A stretch of DNA of 64,000 nt, from assembly GCA_020536535.1 (NCBI GenBank), contig JAHLWZ010000844.1, positions 1 to 64,000 of the forward strand, given 5' to 3'. Made by a program: the position numbers and the translations under genes. Below are positions 11,899 to 25,346 of this stretch, one piece after another. Numbering within the stretch: the first letter of the stretch is position 1; the number at the start of each line of letters is the position of its first letter. The notes below the pieces were generated by a model, which was not told the DNA's origin, ran no database searches, and saw only the letters and a program-made list of their open reading frames with translations. The stretch is from Pelomyxa schiedti. Lineage: Eukaryota > Protista > Evosea.

Positions 11899-13978
11899 AT
11901 GGCGTGGGGTCTTGTGGCTGCTGTTGTTGTTTGCGTTTGTGTTGGGTTGTCGGAGGGCATTGTTGTTGGTCTTGGGAATTATGGGAGGCAGAGGTCGTTG
12001 GCACGTGAGTGGCTAGGTGTTGATCAAAGCACAATATTGTGGTTCCAAAACCAGAGGGTTGCACTTTTTTTTTGTTTTTGGCACCTCTCATGGCATTTGG
12101 TTTTGGGGAAAATAGGTTGACCACTTTGATAATACAAACACTGCATTGTGGAAGCAAAGGTATTTGCTGAACGACACTTATTGGGGAGGAAACGGCTACC
12201 CTATTATCTTGAACATTGGTGGGGAGGGAATGCTGGCACCAAATGCTGCCAGTGGCAGATTCATATTCAATGATGTTTGTAACTATCTTCTGTGGTTTCA
12301 CACAAAAAGCCTTTGTTTAGTGGGCCCAAGAGTTATCGGCTCTGATCGTATCTATTGAGCATCGTTATTATGGTCGGTGCCTTCTGTGATTTGTTATTCA
12401 CTGAGAGTTAGGGCTTAGTATCCCTACTGGTGATATATCTGACAAAAGTTTACGGTTTTTATCCAGTGAGCAGGCTCTGGCTGACTATGTGGTATGTTCA
12501 ACATAAAAATGACACAGATTAAAATCAGTAGGAATTTGTAAGTTATATCAAGTCTATGTATCAAGCACCTGACAGTAAAGTATTGGCTGTAGGGGGCTCT
12601 TATAGCGGGGCTCTTAGTGTTTGGGTCCGGCAAAAGTACTTCCATTCACACCTGTATCGAGACAATTCACTGCTGTAGGTATCCCCAAAGTATTCATTGC
12701 TCGTATGGTACATCTGCACCAGTGCTGGCTCAGGAAAATTTTCCTGAATTTTTTGAGGTGTGTTACCTCCGTTAAGTTGTCTTTTTTTGAAGGGTTAAGG
12801 TTGTTGGGCAAGGTCTTGGTGAAGAATGTTCCACGGCTGTGAATCAAGGAACAAAGTACTATGAAGCGCTCCTAAATTCCGAAGAAGGTTGCAAGCAAAT
12901 AGAACAAGATTTCAATACATGTACCCCCATTGGTCTGCCAACTTTTTGTCAACCATTCAAAATAACGTTTCCCAGAAACAGAAAACGACAAGATAACATT
13001 TCTGTCTTACCTTGCTGATTCCATATCTGTAAGTTGACAACTATTTTACTGTATTCTCACTTTTTTAGGGCTTCGTTCAATACAATAATGATAACAATGG
13101 TGTTTTACCCACAAATATCACAGTATCTTAGGTTTTTTTGCATCTTTTTTTCACATAATATTAGGGAATATGTGACATACTTCTCAGTGGTCCTATATCT
13201 CAGACATTTCCTCAGTTCATTCAGTATTATAATACAGAATATAATGAAGCTTGCACTCCGGTCAGGTTTGTCCGACTGAAAGAGATGTGTTTTAATCCCT
13301 TTTGTGTTTTCAGTTATAATGATATGGTCGGGGATCTCAAGAATGCACACGCGGGACTTCCTGAAGGGAGTGGACGTTCGTGGTGGTGGCAAACTTGTAC
13401 TGGTATGTCTTCGATCCACAACGATTACCATATCATATAATCACAGAATTTGGCTACTTTTCTACTGGGGATTCCTCCCAACAGCCATTTTCTAGCCTAA
13501 TCTCCCTTGATGTTTGTCCCTTTCCAGTTTTACTGCACAATAATTAATCCTCCCAGTATTACACCGGAATTTGCCGCGACGTATTCAATATAAGCAGTGA
13601 AGCAATAGCCAATGCCGTGGAAGCAACTAACACTCTTTACGGAGGCAGGAACGTGGGTTCCACTGAAACAGTATTCCCAAATGGATCTGTGGTATGCCAG
13701 ACATATCCTACAAATAACTTCATTTTTCCTAATATCTCCAATCAGGATCCCTGGCACACACTTGGCATCACTTCATCCAGTGATCCCCTGCTCCCTGCAG
13801 TCTGTGCGTACCCTATTCAATTCCATCCCCAACCAATGCATATTAAATACAATCGGCAGATATCCAAGGGACTGCTCACTGCGCCGACTTGTACGCGGCA
13901 TCCCCTAATGACATCCCAGCACTAATTGCGGCACGCCAGCAGCTTTTCACGTACGTATCAACGTGGCTCTCGGAATGA
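11899..13978 (+). CDS. Secreted serine carboxypeptidase, family S28 (PRSS16/PRCP-like), multi-exon
   Basis: Signal peptide; WFQNQRVDHF..WKQRY, IGGEG, IEHRYYG, EQALAD, GGSYSGAL (catalytic Ser), DPW (Asp), AHCADLY (His). Confidence 0.92.
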
Positions 13979-14133
13979 GAAACACCTAAAAAAAACCTGG
14001 CTGACGAGTTGGGGGAAATCGAACACCCACCAAATTGACTGATTTTATTGCTGCCATTTAAATACCGTACATTCGGATTGTTTTGGAAATAAAGAAACAA
14101 AAAAAATCCGATTTTCACAACACGGAAACTGTA

Positions 14134-14508
14134 ATGAGACCAAGCCAAAGACGAGCCCCACGAAGTCCGTCTGGTCCTTCTGGTTGCGTCACCAAACATT
14201 CCGCAGTCGTTGGACAGAGGACAGAAGCAGATGCGGAGCTCTTGGATGTTGGAGTGTTTGTGCCAACCAAGATCACGGCGCCAATTGACTCTGTCGACTT
14301 CTGTGGTCCTTCAATTCAATCTCACTGCCATCCCTCCTGTAACGGCTCAACCGACACTCAAACATTTTTCGAGAATCTGGACTTGATTCCCGAACCAGAA
14401 GCGACTCCTTCTGGTTGGGCTCCCAAACGAAGGAAAGGCAGAACAAGCACACACAACCAAGCACCAATACCACCTCCAGAGGATCTTCGGCTGATGGACG
14501 ATCACTGA
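14134..14508 (+). CDS. Hypothetical protein (~124 aa)
   Basis: ATG ORF filling the gap between the S28 peptidase and the GPCR; basic PKRRK motif; no homology recognised. Confidence 0.35.
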   Translation: MRPSQRRAPRSPSGPSGCVTKHSAVVGQRTEADAELLDVGVFVPTKITAPIDSVDFCGPSIQSHCHPSCNGSTDTQTFFENLDLIPEPEATPSGWAPKRRKGRTSTHNQAPIPPPEDLRLMDDH

Positions 14509-14689
14509 GATTCCACTAACCTGAGACTCAGAGCACCTGTTCACCCACATTCAGTTGGTAACACCGTCTGCCAAGTTGTACAAATAAAGGGAAAAAAACA
14601 CCCAATTGCCATTCTTTGATCCCACTCCCCTGCCTAATCGCGCGTTGGCATTTGGGTTTCGGTGCACAAAATATAAAAGAAATTGCACG

Positions 14690-16148
14690 ATGGCTACGGC
14701 CGCTGTTGTGATGGGGGTAGCGGGGCACGTGTTTACGGCGGTAATGACGTCGCAACAGGCGGTAGATGAGGTGGCGGCGACTGATAGTTTCAGCAGCAGT
14801 AGCAGCGGTGGACCCGAGAAGTTGGCTTACATGAGCGGCATCACTATACCGTTGTCGTGCGTGTCTATGGTGTGCTGCACGTTGGTGTTCATTTCCTTGA
14901 TGAAGACCAGGGTATCTGCGCGCCGTCTTCTTCTTTCGCCGTTGGAAATTATGTGTTATGTAACATTTAACCCCGTGTGCACGGGGAAAACAGGACTTTC
15001 TAATCCCACCGTACTTTGGAGTTTGGAATCTGAGTATCAGTGATTTTTCGATGGCCTTGGGAACTGTATGTGAGAATCCATTCACGCCACTGTCCTCACT
15101 GTAACTGATTGGTACTACCTTTTCGGATTTCCATGATGAAGGTTTTGGCTGAAGTGACAGCAAGTGACGGCGCTTGCCACACGGCTGGTAATAACCACAA
15201 TCCCTCGTCCACACAGTAAGCAAATTTAAACATAGCAATACGTATCCAAAGTTGTGAGAACAGACAATTCCTAAAATCTTCTTAGCATTCTTGACGCAGA
15301 CAGCTGTGTTAGCTGGAAACTTCTGGCTTGTATTTATATGCCTGAGCTTGTATTCTCAATAATTGAACCCTCCCACTTCCTTATTATTCCTTAGATTTTA
15401 TTTGTATCGGTCCCATGTGGTTACACTCCTTAAAGGAGAGAGTAATATCTTTCTCGAAGGAGAAAGGATTTCTGTGCCAAAGATCTCTGTTCTCCACGTT
15501 ATAGCTGCCTCCACTGTTTGGTTCCTCCTCAACTCCAATTGGAAATCCCTTACGATATTAGGGTTCTTGCAATTACATCCGCCTTCATTCCTCTGACTGA
15601 GGTGAATGGTATTCGCTATGGAAAGGGGCCTATTGGTACCTGCTGGATTGCCATTAGACCACTGATGGGTCGTTTCGTATGTATCCAATGCCCCTTTTAC
15701 TATCTTACCAGCTTAACTAGTTTCTCTTTTACCTGCCTTTGTGTATAGCACTTTTAGTTGTTGTAATTATTTACTGGGTTATTGTTAAATTGCACTCACT
15801 TTTGGTAAATTTTCTCTTTCAAGGAATTTCCTTTTTAACATGTTTGTCAGGGTTCTGGTTATTACACTCCAAGGCAGTTCCTTTACCCTGTAACAACGCT
15901 AATCGTAATTGTACCATGCTGCATTAATATGCTCTTTGAATCAACTGATCAAATTATACCTGCCACCGAATACACCCAAGCTGTTGTACTGCCCCTCTGG
16001 GGGTATGGCCTCCTATTCCCTTACTGTGAATTGACCATAGCCAAGGTTCATTGACAGTACTGTCTACTTCCTCACCCGCTACACCGGGGCGCCCTCCAGC
16101 ATGACAATATGGGAACTCTTTTTCAAACCCCTGCCCAAACCCTCATAA
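14690..16148 (+). CDS. 7TM G-protein-coupled receptor, cAMP-receptor-like (CAR/Crl) type, multi-exon
   Basis: TM1 LSCVSMVCCTLVFISL; WNLSISDF; ACHTAG..LTQ; GTCWI in ECL2; FYLPL; PLWGFIDSTVYF in TM7. Confidence 0.75.
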
Positions 16149-16263
16149 AACCCACCCCTCTTTTGTGCTATTTCTAGTCCGCCAACCAAAACACTTTCCA
16201 ACGAAACGGTTCGTTTTCCAAAAAGACAGACCTACCAACCTACGCACCTCACTGAGAGAACAC

Positions 16264-17638
16264 ATGCACACGCGGGCAGCAGTGCTGTGGGGCACAGGGC
16301 AGCGGATACAAGTGGAGAACGTGGAGCTTGGGGGGCCGCGGAGGGGAGAGGTTGTGGTGAGGATGGAGGCCGCGGGCGTGTGTCACAGCGACTGGCACAT
16401 TGTGACCGGCGACACGAAGCACCCAATGCCTGTGGCCCTGGGTCACGAGGGCGCTGGCGTAGTCGAAGTATGTTCAATGGCAGGGATTGTTGCGCTTTAC
16501 ATTGTTGTTGTTGTTGTTGGTGGTGATGTGTTTTTCCTTTTTTTTTTTTTTTTTTGTTTCTTATGGGAATGGTAGGTTGTTGGAGAGGGAGTGGATACAG
16601 TGACTGTTGGGGATTGTGTGGCACTCGTTTGGTCTCCAAGCTGTGGCAAGTGCTTTTATTGTGTGAGGGACGAACCATCACTTTGTGTGACTTACGAAAA
16701 GAGGGTGAGGCCTTTCCTCCGAGGAGGTTTCTGGGAGTGATATTCATGCCTATTATACAGATATGGGATGGTACAATGTTGGATGGAACTCCAAGGTTCA
16801 CGTTGAACGGCAAGCCGATTTATCACCACTCCTCACTTGGTTGCTTTGCCGATAGAGTGACTGTGCCAGAGTGCTGCTGTATACGAATGCCAAAAGAAGT
16901 TCCTGCAGATGTCCGAGCCCTGATAGGTTGCTGTGTAGCAACTGGAGTTGGGGCTGCACTGCGCACAGCACCTGTCCACCCGGGAGACATAGTAGCTGTT
17001 TTTGGTGTTGGAGGTTCTTTTCTTTGGTCTTGCTCCCTATTGACAGGCACAACAGGGGTTGGACTGAGCATTGTTATGGGAGCTCGGGCTGCTGGTGCTT
17101 CAGCAATTATTGTGGTTGATAGAACTCGCGCCAAAGAACAGTTGGCACGTCACCTTGGAGCCACTCACTTTGTATTATCTGAGGGAAATGTGCCTGAAAA
17201 AATACGCTCTCTAACTGAAGGAAGAGGTGCCGATGTGTGTTTTGAGGCAGTTGGTCTTCCGATTCTGCAACAGCTTTGTGTAGAATGCATAAGACCAGGA
17301 GGGACATGCGTGGTTGGCACCCAAACCTACTTGAATATTCCTTGAATTAACTCCTACAGCTAGTTGGGTTGGCCCCGATGGGCTCTACACTGAAGGCTGA
17401 GGGTGAACCTTTCGCGCGGTACCAAAAGAAAATGCATGGCTCCAATTACGGATCGAGCAACCCAGCACGCGATTTCCCACTTCTGGGACAGCTGTACCTA
17501 TCGGGCAAGCTTCCTGTCAATGACCTCATATCCCGACATTATACCCTTGATCAAGTCAATGAGGCGTTCGCTGATATGTTATCCGGGTCTCTCTCTGGCA
17601 GAGGTGTTATTATGTTTCCTCCTGCCTCTAAACTCTAA
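16264..17638 (+). CDS. Zn-dependent medium-chain alcohol dehydrogenase (class III-like) with C-terminal PTS1 (SKL)
   Basis: GVCHSDWH, LGHEGAG, structural-Zn CGKCFYC..C, IGCCVATG, VFGVGGVG; ends GRGVIMFPPASKL-TAA; 4 GT-AG introns. Confidence 0.92.
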
Positions 17639-17707
17639 TTCCACTATGGAAACAAACAAAACTATATTTATTGCAATCTACAGGTTTTTCTTTTCATTTC
17701 TCGAACA

Positions 17708-18442
17708 TTATGATACAGTTATCTTTACCGCTCCCCTGCGCTTTTTCTTTGGAAGCAACACGGACAGTACTCCTTCATTCAGTGAGGCGCTCATAGCATT
17801 TATCGACTCTGGTTCTACGTCTGCATCGGGAACAGGGAAACATCGCGAGAATACACCAAATTTGCGCTCCTCCAGCAATGGCATGTTCTGTGAGGACTTG
17901 TTAGGGTCGACAGATCTATCTGGATTGTTCTTGTTGCCGCAAATAGACAGTATCCCTTCAGCACTGAGGTCTACCCGGATATTGGCCTTATCAACTCCCG
18001 GCAGCTCCATCTTTATCTGAGGTAGAGGTCAACATTGTAAGTATAAGGGAAACAGTGATCTAACCTCATAGTGGGACTCGGTCTCCTTGAAGTCTGTATT
18101 TGGCCACCACAGACAATTCCTTGCACCAGGTTCCAGAACAGATTCTTTTTCCGCCGGTTCTGGTTTCTCTTCTCCCTTGTCAAATATCTCCCAGATAGCG
18201 GAATGCTTTGACTTTCCAGGCACCTCAGAATCGCCGGCATTGCTTTCCACCTTCCTGTTCTTTACATTGGTCTGCTGCTCTCTTTCTGGATTCAGGTGTA
18301 CCACAGACTTTGCGCGCCTGGGCCGCTTTTGTGTTGGCTGTTCACAGTCTCTATAGTCGGGCTCCCCATTTATTCCCTCATCCAGAGAGTTCAGCCTTCT
18401 CTCGATTTTCCTCAACTCGTTCAGTAAATTCAAGCCTAACAT
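17708..18442 (-). CDS. Small heat-shock protein (Hsp20/alpha-crystallin), one intron
   Basis: PNTDFKETESHYE|IKMELPGVDKANI..ILSICG..ERKFGVFSRCF.VP..INAMSASLNEGVLSVLLPK. Confidence 0.88.
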
Positions 18443-18688
18443 AGTGCGTCTCTCGATTTTTTATTGTGAGTTTTTTGCCTTCTTTTGTTGTAGTTTTTGT
18501 TTGGCTGACACTAAGTCTCGTGGAAATCTCTTAGAATTTAACACTGAAGATCAGGGAGTAAAAAAGGACAGACCTAATATTTTCCAGATAGGAGCAAGCC
18601 ACACCCCGCCCACCCTATGGCCCCTCATCTTCGATGATCTGAGATTGAACCTTCCGATCCAAAAAAAAGGGAAGAATTCATCAAAAAA

Positions 18689-20302
18689 ATGCCCTCGTTT
18701 TCGGTTGGGGGCGTTGCCGTTTGGGCACTTGTGTCGTTGCTTTTTGTAATTGGCAGTAGTGGTGTCGGCTCGGTAACCACGACTGCTGTCGATTCGTACA
18801 CCCTCAGCGGCTACCTCACCACCGGCTGCCCCGACTTTGTGTCCCTCCCCTTCGAGGTCCCCGACTCCTCGGTCAGCTACGTCGCGGTGTCTTACTGGTT
18901 CAGCGACGCCCTGGTGCCCCCCGGGGTCCCCGGCAACGCCCTCGACATCGGCCTGTGGGACGAGCGGGGGGTCGCGGTGGACGCGGCGCGGGTGAACGGG
19001 TGGCGGGGCTGGACGGGCTCCGGGTCCACGTCGACCTTTGGCGTGGGGAGCGAGGAGGCGGCCCTGGGCTACGTCAGCGGCCAGGTCAACCCCGGCGTGT
19101 GGAACGTGGTGCTCGGCCCGTACACGGTCGCCCCTGAGGGCCTCTGGTACCAGGTCAATGTCACGTTGCAGAGGTATCTTCTATTCCCAAAGTGTTTGTG
19201 AAGTATGAGAGGCTCATTGAACACACATAGAAATACTACTGGCTCGGCGACGAAGAGTCAAGTGCTTAAGGAGTACCCGCCAGATTCTGTAGCCGGAAGA
19301 GGGCGGGACTGGTACAGGGGGCAGTGCCATCTCCACACAGTCCACTCGGACGGCTCCAGAACGCCCGAGCAAGTCGCCGCCGAGGCGCGGGAGCTAGGCA
19401 TAGACTTCTTCGCGGCCACCGACCACAACACGATATCCAGCCAGACCGAGTGGGGCGGCCTGTGGGGCGACGACCTCCTGATCCTCTGCGGCGAGGAGCT
19501 CACCACCAGGAACGGCCACTGCGTCGCCTTCGCCACGGACGCGGGCGCCTGGTTCGACTTCCGCTTCCGCGCCAAGGACGGCGCGTTCCCCGACTTCGCG
19601 GCCAGCATCGGCGAGCGCGGCGGCGTAGTCATCGCGGCGCACCCCCACAGCACCTGCCTGGCCTGCCGCTGGTCCTTCACGTTCGACGACGTGGACCTGC
19701 TCGAGGTGTGGAACGGCCCGTGGACCCCCGACGACGAGCAGGCCGTCTCGACGTGGGAGTCGATGCTGCTCTCGGCCTCGCCGGCCGGGTGGCGCCCGGC
19801 CCACGGCGGGTCGGACTCGCACGGCGAGGGCGTGCCGCTGGACCTGCCCAACGTCGTGGTGCTGGCCGACGAGCTGAGCAGGGACGCCGTGGTGGCGGGG
19901 ATGAAGGCCGGGCACAGCTACATCGCCGAGTCCACGGCGGTGTCCGTCAACCTCACGGCCGCGACCACCGCGACGGGCAAGGAGCTGGTCGCGGGCATCG
20001 GGTGCTGCCTCTGCGCCCCGGCCGACACCAAGGTCTCGGTCACGCTCACCGTCTCTGGGGGGCCCGACGGCGGCACCGCGAGGATAATGACGGAGGAGGG
20101 GGTCATGCACGACGAGCTGCTCAGGGGAGGGGGAGGTGGCACAATAGAGACCTTCTTGTGGGAGACCACTGTGTCTTTGGCTACGTATGTGCGGGCTGAG
20201 ATACGGCACCCATCTATGAGGATGGTTGCAATGACCAACCCGATTTTCCTGGGTGAGGAAATGTGCAGCAAGTGCGCTGCTGCTGACCAGATAATTTTGT
20301 AA
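18689..20302 (+). CDS. Secreted PHP-domain metallohydrolase (CehA/McbA-like), one intron 19174-19230
   Basis: Signal peptide; WYRGQCHLHTVHSDG, TDHNT, GEELTTRNGH, AHPH, EVWNG, GSDSH, MTNPIFLG. Confidence 0.9.
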
Positions 20303-20388
20303 GAGCAAAGAGAATAGGGTGTTGTCTTTTCTTGAGAAACTAAAAGCACACTTTTGTTTTTTCCCAAAACTTCTGAAATAATTATACA

Positions 20389-23300
20389 CTAACAAGCATC
20401 GATCAGTTCCTCAAGGACACTGATGACGGTCAAGAAGGCTAGGGAAAGGTTAGGGTGAGAAGCGGAGATGAAGACGTACAAGGCCTTTCAGATGGCTTCT
20501 GGTCCCAGCAGTCAACAATCAACTGGGCATATTCGGGTGGTGCTGTTGCCGGAATCTCTTCTCTGTTGCCAGCAATTACGAAGGAATCTTTCAAAATGAA
20601 TTTGAGGAATAATGTTTGGGGAGCATACAGAAATCCTTCAGTGATTGATACGGTTGCATTTCAGTGAGGATTTGCCAAAGCATAACCCCGTAACTAAATA
20701 CGTCTGTTTCAACGCCATATTCGTTTGTTCCAGAGAGTACTTCTGCACCGAGTTAACACGAAATTTTCCTTTGGGTTTTTACCTGGAGCCATATCTGAAG
20801 TAGTGGTAGGGGGTAAACATAAGTAATGGATAAAGGTAAGTTTATTAGTGTAAGGTTCACACATATTGGGGTGCCAATTAGGACTGTCATCTGCCGGGCA
20901 GATGCAGCAGTCAGTGCTGGGGAGGCCGAGGTCATCCCTCGTGCACTCACAGTCCGTGATGTGCCAAAATCGGAAACCTGAAAGCATGTGTTTTGACAAT
21001 AAGTTCTCAGTACAAACCTTGCAAGTGAGAACAGCGTGCTTATTTATTGACACCATCAGAACTTGTAATAAATATATCAGTAAGAAAAGCAAGTCCGAGG
21101 GAAGGAGAGATTACTGTTGTCGGGCTGCAAAGGAAATGAATTTTGTGCATAACATCTTAAATAGGAAGACAGAAGTACAAACCTTCAAGTCTCTGTGAAC
21201 CATATTGTTTGCATGCTTTTAAAATTCGTATTATCTTAGAAAAAAGTATCACGAAATAAAATATTACCAAAAAAGACATGGCTGTAAGAAAAAAGCAATT
21301 AGCAACTACTGTTGACTTCAGAAACACACCCAAAGCAATATCCTTCGCAATCTTTAACTTAATTATCCAGGCTAGGTCCTTGTTTTTCTTTTTTTGTTGT
21401 AAGTAATGGAAAAATGGGCCGGAATGACAACTTTTAGTACAGATGACAAGTTCCCCAATGCCATGTACTCCTTGTGTTTTATCCAGTCAGAATTTTTTAA
21501 AAATATGGAAGATATGTATAGGCAATGAGGAATTCTATACTCACTGTTATAATGCATAACTGAGTAAAGGACATCAAACAAAAGTGTAATGAGGATAAAA
21601 AGTAAAGGAGAAAAAAGTCAGAACTCGAGAAAGGGTAAAATTCAGAAACCTTTCGCGGAATTGTCACACTATCATTGGCATGTAAGAAGGAAAAATCAGT
21701 TAAAAGATGTACATACGCTCCAATAAAATTAACAACGTGGGTGTGCCTCAATTGAGTGAGAAGTTTGATCTCTCTAAGAGGGGTAAGGAATGTAGGAATA
21801 CGATCAGTGTGATGAACCTTCTAAATTCAGCAAAAGTCGTTTCAGTAGGATTTTGGTCCTTGAGAAGCTTGATTGCCACAGGAGTGTGACGCCAACTCCC
21901 TCTCCTGTAAAATCATGTGTTAGGTGTATTAAGCGGGAGAGGGCTGCCAACCAAACTGCCGCAAAGCTTCCTTCTCCAATCTTATCCTCAAAAAGCAAAT
22001 CAGTGTAATCAAGCTGACAGGGAATTGTGAGATATTTACAGGAGAAATTTACAAGCTCACTTGCGTTGACAGGCACGTTGTTACTGTGAACTTGATAGAG
22101 TGGCAAAAAGTTGCTTCAGTGTCACTTAAAGTCTTTCTATGACTGAAAACACCAGTTTTATAATCTTCACATACATTAAGAATCAAAATCGGTATGAGTG
22201 AAAGAAACCAGCTGCAATAAGTCCAAACTGAGCATCAATTTTTGTTGTGCAAGACACAACCAGCTTAACCTGAAACTCTGTATCTTTTCCCTATGTACCT
22301 AAGTTATCCAGCCCTCTCTCAAAGAAAATGTTTACCTTGGAGACCACGGATTGAGGTGGGTCAATTGTCAAAGTGTAACGGTCATCAGATGGAATAACAA
22401 AGGAAATCAACATCGTGGTACCACTGTTTTTTACAACGAGTGTATCTGTTACTTCCTATAAGAGTTGGAGGTAAAATAAACAACTCGCGGTTCACTACCT
22501 TATCAATGTCATAAGGCTCAGTTCCACCAAAAGTCAATATAGGGGGTGTTATCTTTTTTTGTTTTGAGGGGAACAATGTAACAAAATAAGTGCATACCAC
22601 TAGACTCGGTGAAGGTGGAAGAAGGGGTAACGAAAACTGTGGGGGGGAAAGAACGGGAGGTAATTTGGACGGTGAACTCGTACGTGCAAGACCATCATCA
22701 CTAATTGGTGACGCATTATAGGTCCTGGACTTTCTTTCTGACATTTTTGCAATAGATTTGCTGTGGTCTAAGCCAAGACGGCGGCTGAATGGACAGAGTT
22801 GCTTCTGTTTATTTTGACAAAAGGAAAAGATTGTGAGGTGTAGTACGGGCTTTTTGGCGTGTGTGTCAGTGGCGATCCAACTTAATGGGCTCCCACAAGG
22901 GACTCCTTCCAGGTCTACATCAAATCCTGCCATTTGTGAGAAAAACAAAGGCGAAAATTTCTCAATGTTTACCTGTGAAAGATGGGACAATCTTCTTGGT
23001 TGAAATTCGTGACTGTGTCCCACTGAGTGACCACACAGAAACGTGGGGAAGTGCGTGGTACGGCGTAATGAAGTCAATGTGGTGCCTATAGTACTGGGCT
23101 CTAAACCTTCCACTTTGAAACAAAGCTGCTGTGTCAATTTTCCGGAAAATGTTCCACACAAGGTCCAAAGGCACCAGGGTGGACAGTGTTGACGCTGATG
23201 TGGGAAGTCTCTGAAGTTCAGGCTTTGTCTCTTCTGATTCTGGTTCCCCTGGTCCAGAGTAACTGAACATCTATGAGGCTAGTACCAGAAAATGCTTTGA

Positions 23301-25346
23301 ACACACCTGGAAAGCACTTCCAACAACTCTGGAGTTCCTCCCGCTTGCGCTTTTAGTATGGGCGATTCACCATATTTGTTTTTGATGTCTGTGTTTAAAT
23401 TGAGATGCTACAAAACATTAGGAAACACACAAGGATTGGCATCAGCCAACATCAACGAATTTATAAAATCCAAACGTACACCCGATATGGTGCATGAATT
23501 CATCAATGCTGTATCACCGGCGTCCGATTGTGCATTTACATCAATTCCTGCTGACAGCAGTGTGTGGAGAAGCTAGTTTATGGTGGTTAAAGGATAAAAA
23601 AACAGAGGTAGGCGTAAGGGACACTTACAGCCGTCGATGTGGAATCGGATTTGAAAGTTTTTGCAAGAAAATGAAGTGCAGTCTGCTTTCTTGTTGTTTG
23701 TTGTAACATGTTTGCACCTTTCTTTATGAGAAATTCCGCGACAGTAAAATGTCCTTGCGAGATTGCTGCCCTTTTGTTTGGGAAAAAGTGTGTTAAAAGT
23801 ATACCAGAGGCATCAAAACGGAACTCATACAGCATTGGTGTCATGTCCAGATCATCCTGCACAATTGAGTGATGAGCCAACTGGGTTAATGAGGGAGAAA
23901 GCTCACACCTTAGGGTCGATATCAGCTCCTCTCTTTAGGAGATCCCCAACAAGGTCACGATTGCCTGCATAAGCGGCAGCATGTAATAGTGTTTGACCAT
24001 CATCTGCCTTTGCATTAATAGTGCCATCCTTGTTTGAGTAAGCAAAGGGGTTAAACAAAAACGGGAATGAGTGATACTTTGATACTTGCATCGATTTTTT
24101 CACCCAAAGGCTTAGTTAAACCTCGTGGCGATGCAAGGATGAGACGTATAGCTTCTTTTAGTGCTGGCGCTGTTGTTGGAGTGACAAATGCTACCCAGCA
24201 CATCTCAAAATTGCCTTCAACTGCAGCTGTGAATCCTAGGAAGGAATATTAAATTGATCTCATGCATGAAATGAGCAACCAGTTTGAGAAGCCGCAATTT
24301 TGGAAGAGGGAACAGTATTGAGGGGTGCTTGCTCTCGGTATCCAAACAACCAAGCAAACACCTTTGGTGAGCTGGGAAATGGGTCATTAAATGTCACTGA
24401 TACAACTCCTCCTGAGGTGGAGTTTGTACGTTGCTGGCCACTTTGCACCATTATTGCTCGAGTGGGTAGATTTGCGAAAATCCCTTCTGCCATTGCAATA
24501 CCAATTTTCACAGTTGCACTGCTGTTAGTATGGGTCAGTGGGATGGATTTCTGTAAAGAAGGCGCACTTTGTCATGGATTCCAATCGCGGAGTCGCAGCG
24601 GCAACAAAAGTGGAATCAGTTGGTGGTGAGCATTGTATTACAATTGAAGGAACCGTAAGAAGTGTCATTTTTGGGGATAAGAGTGGAGAGTGTGCAGGTG
24701 ACAGAGTGCTAGTAGGAGTTGTACTGCTTGGTGGTGTTCGTGGAGACCGTGGTGAAGAGCTGAGAATTGGTGTGCTGGAAGGTGTACGGGGAGTAGGCAC
24801 AGCAAGGAAGGTCGGGCTTGCTCTCGATTCGTCATTTGATTGAGTGTGCTCAGAGAGCATTTGGGGTATCTTGTCCACCTCATAGCAGTAATCCGGTGAG
24901 GGTGTTCGTGTAATAATAGTGGGAGTTGTTGCTTCCGTGGATTTGCGTGAACAATCCGAATCGGCGGACGATTCGCCCGATTTTTCGTGTCCGTGTTTGT
25001 GTCTGTGATGTGATTCCCGTCTGGGTTTGTGGTGCCTGCTTTCGCTAGCTCGTCTTTCGTGCTCCACGTCGTTGGTGTCCGCTACAACCACAACAGGCAC
25101 AGTCACCACACTAGCCGCCGCCGCTGGAGGAGGTGATAACGGCGGCGACGGGGCTTCAACCGCAGGAGCTACGATACGCGTTGGTCCCGAATCGCCGGTG
25201 GTGGTTTCATGTGCAGAATCGTTCGCTTGCGCAGTCGTGATTGTTGTCGCGGGGGTGGTCGTAGCGGTGGCGGCACAGCTGTCTACGTTACACACACCAA
25301 CATGCGGTAGATCCGGTTTGGAGGCACTCCGGTAGCGAACGAGCAT
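20389..25346 (-). CDS. Kinase A: H-lectin-like / ankyrin repeats / H-lectin-like / Ig-like / TKL kinase, many exons
   Basis: VTFNDPFPSSPKVFAWL..TGFT..WVAF; GQTLLHAAA..KRGAD; IDFITPY..LSWIA; LDYTDL..IGEGSF, VAIK, HRDLKPDN, DFG, GTPIYMAPE, DVFSYG, DCW..P..RP. Confidence 0.85.

Noticed and set aside
11375-12301. 308-aa ORF as a single gene
   Set aside because: Its upstream half is antisense to the S28 peptidase; the likely start is ATG 11779.
18800-20120. High GC as proof of HGT or bacterial contamination
   Set aside because: Similar GC-rich patches occur at the 5' ends of native genes such as HELLS, and the gene has a spliceosomal intron; only protein similarity supports HGT.
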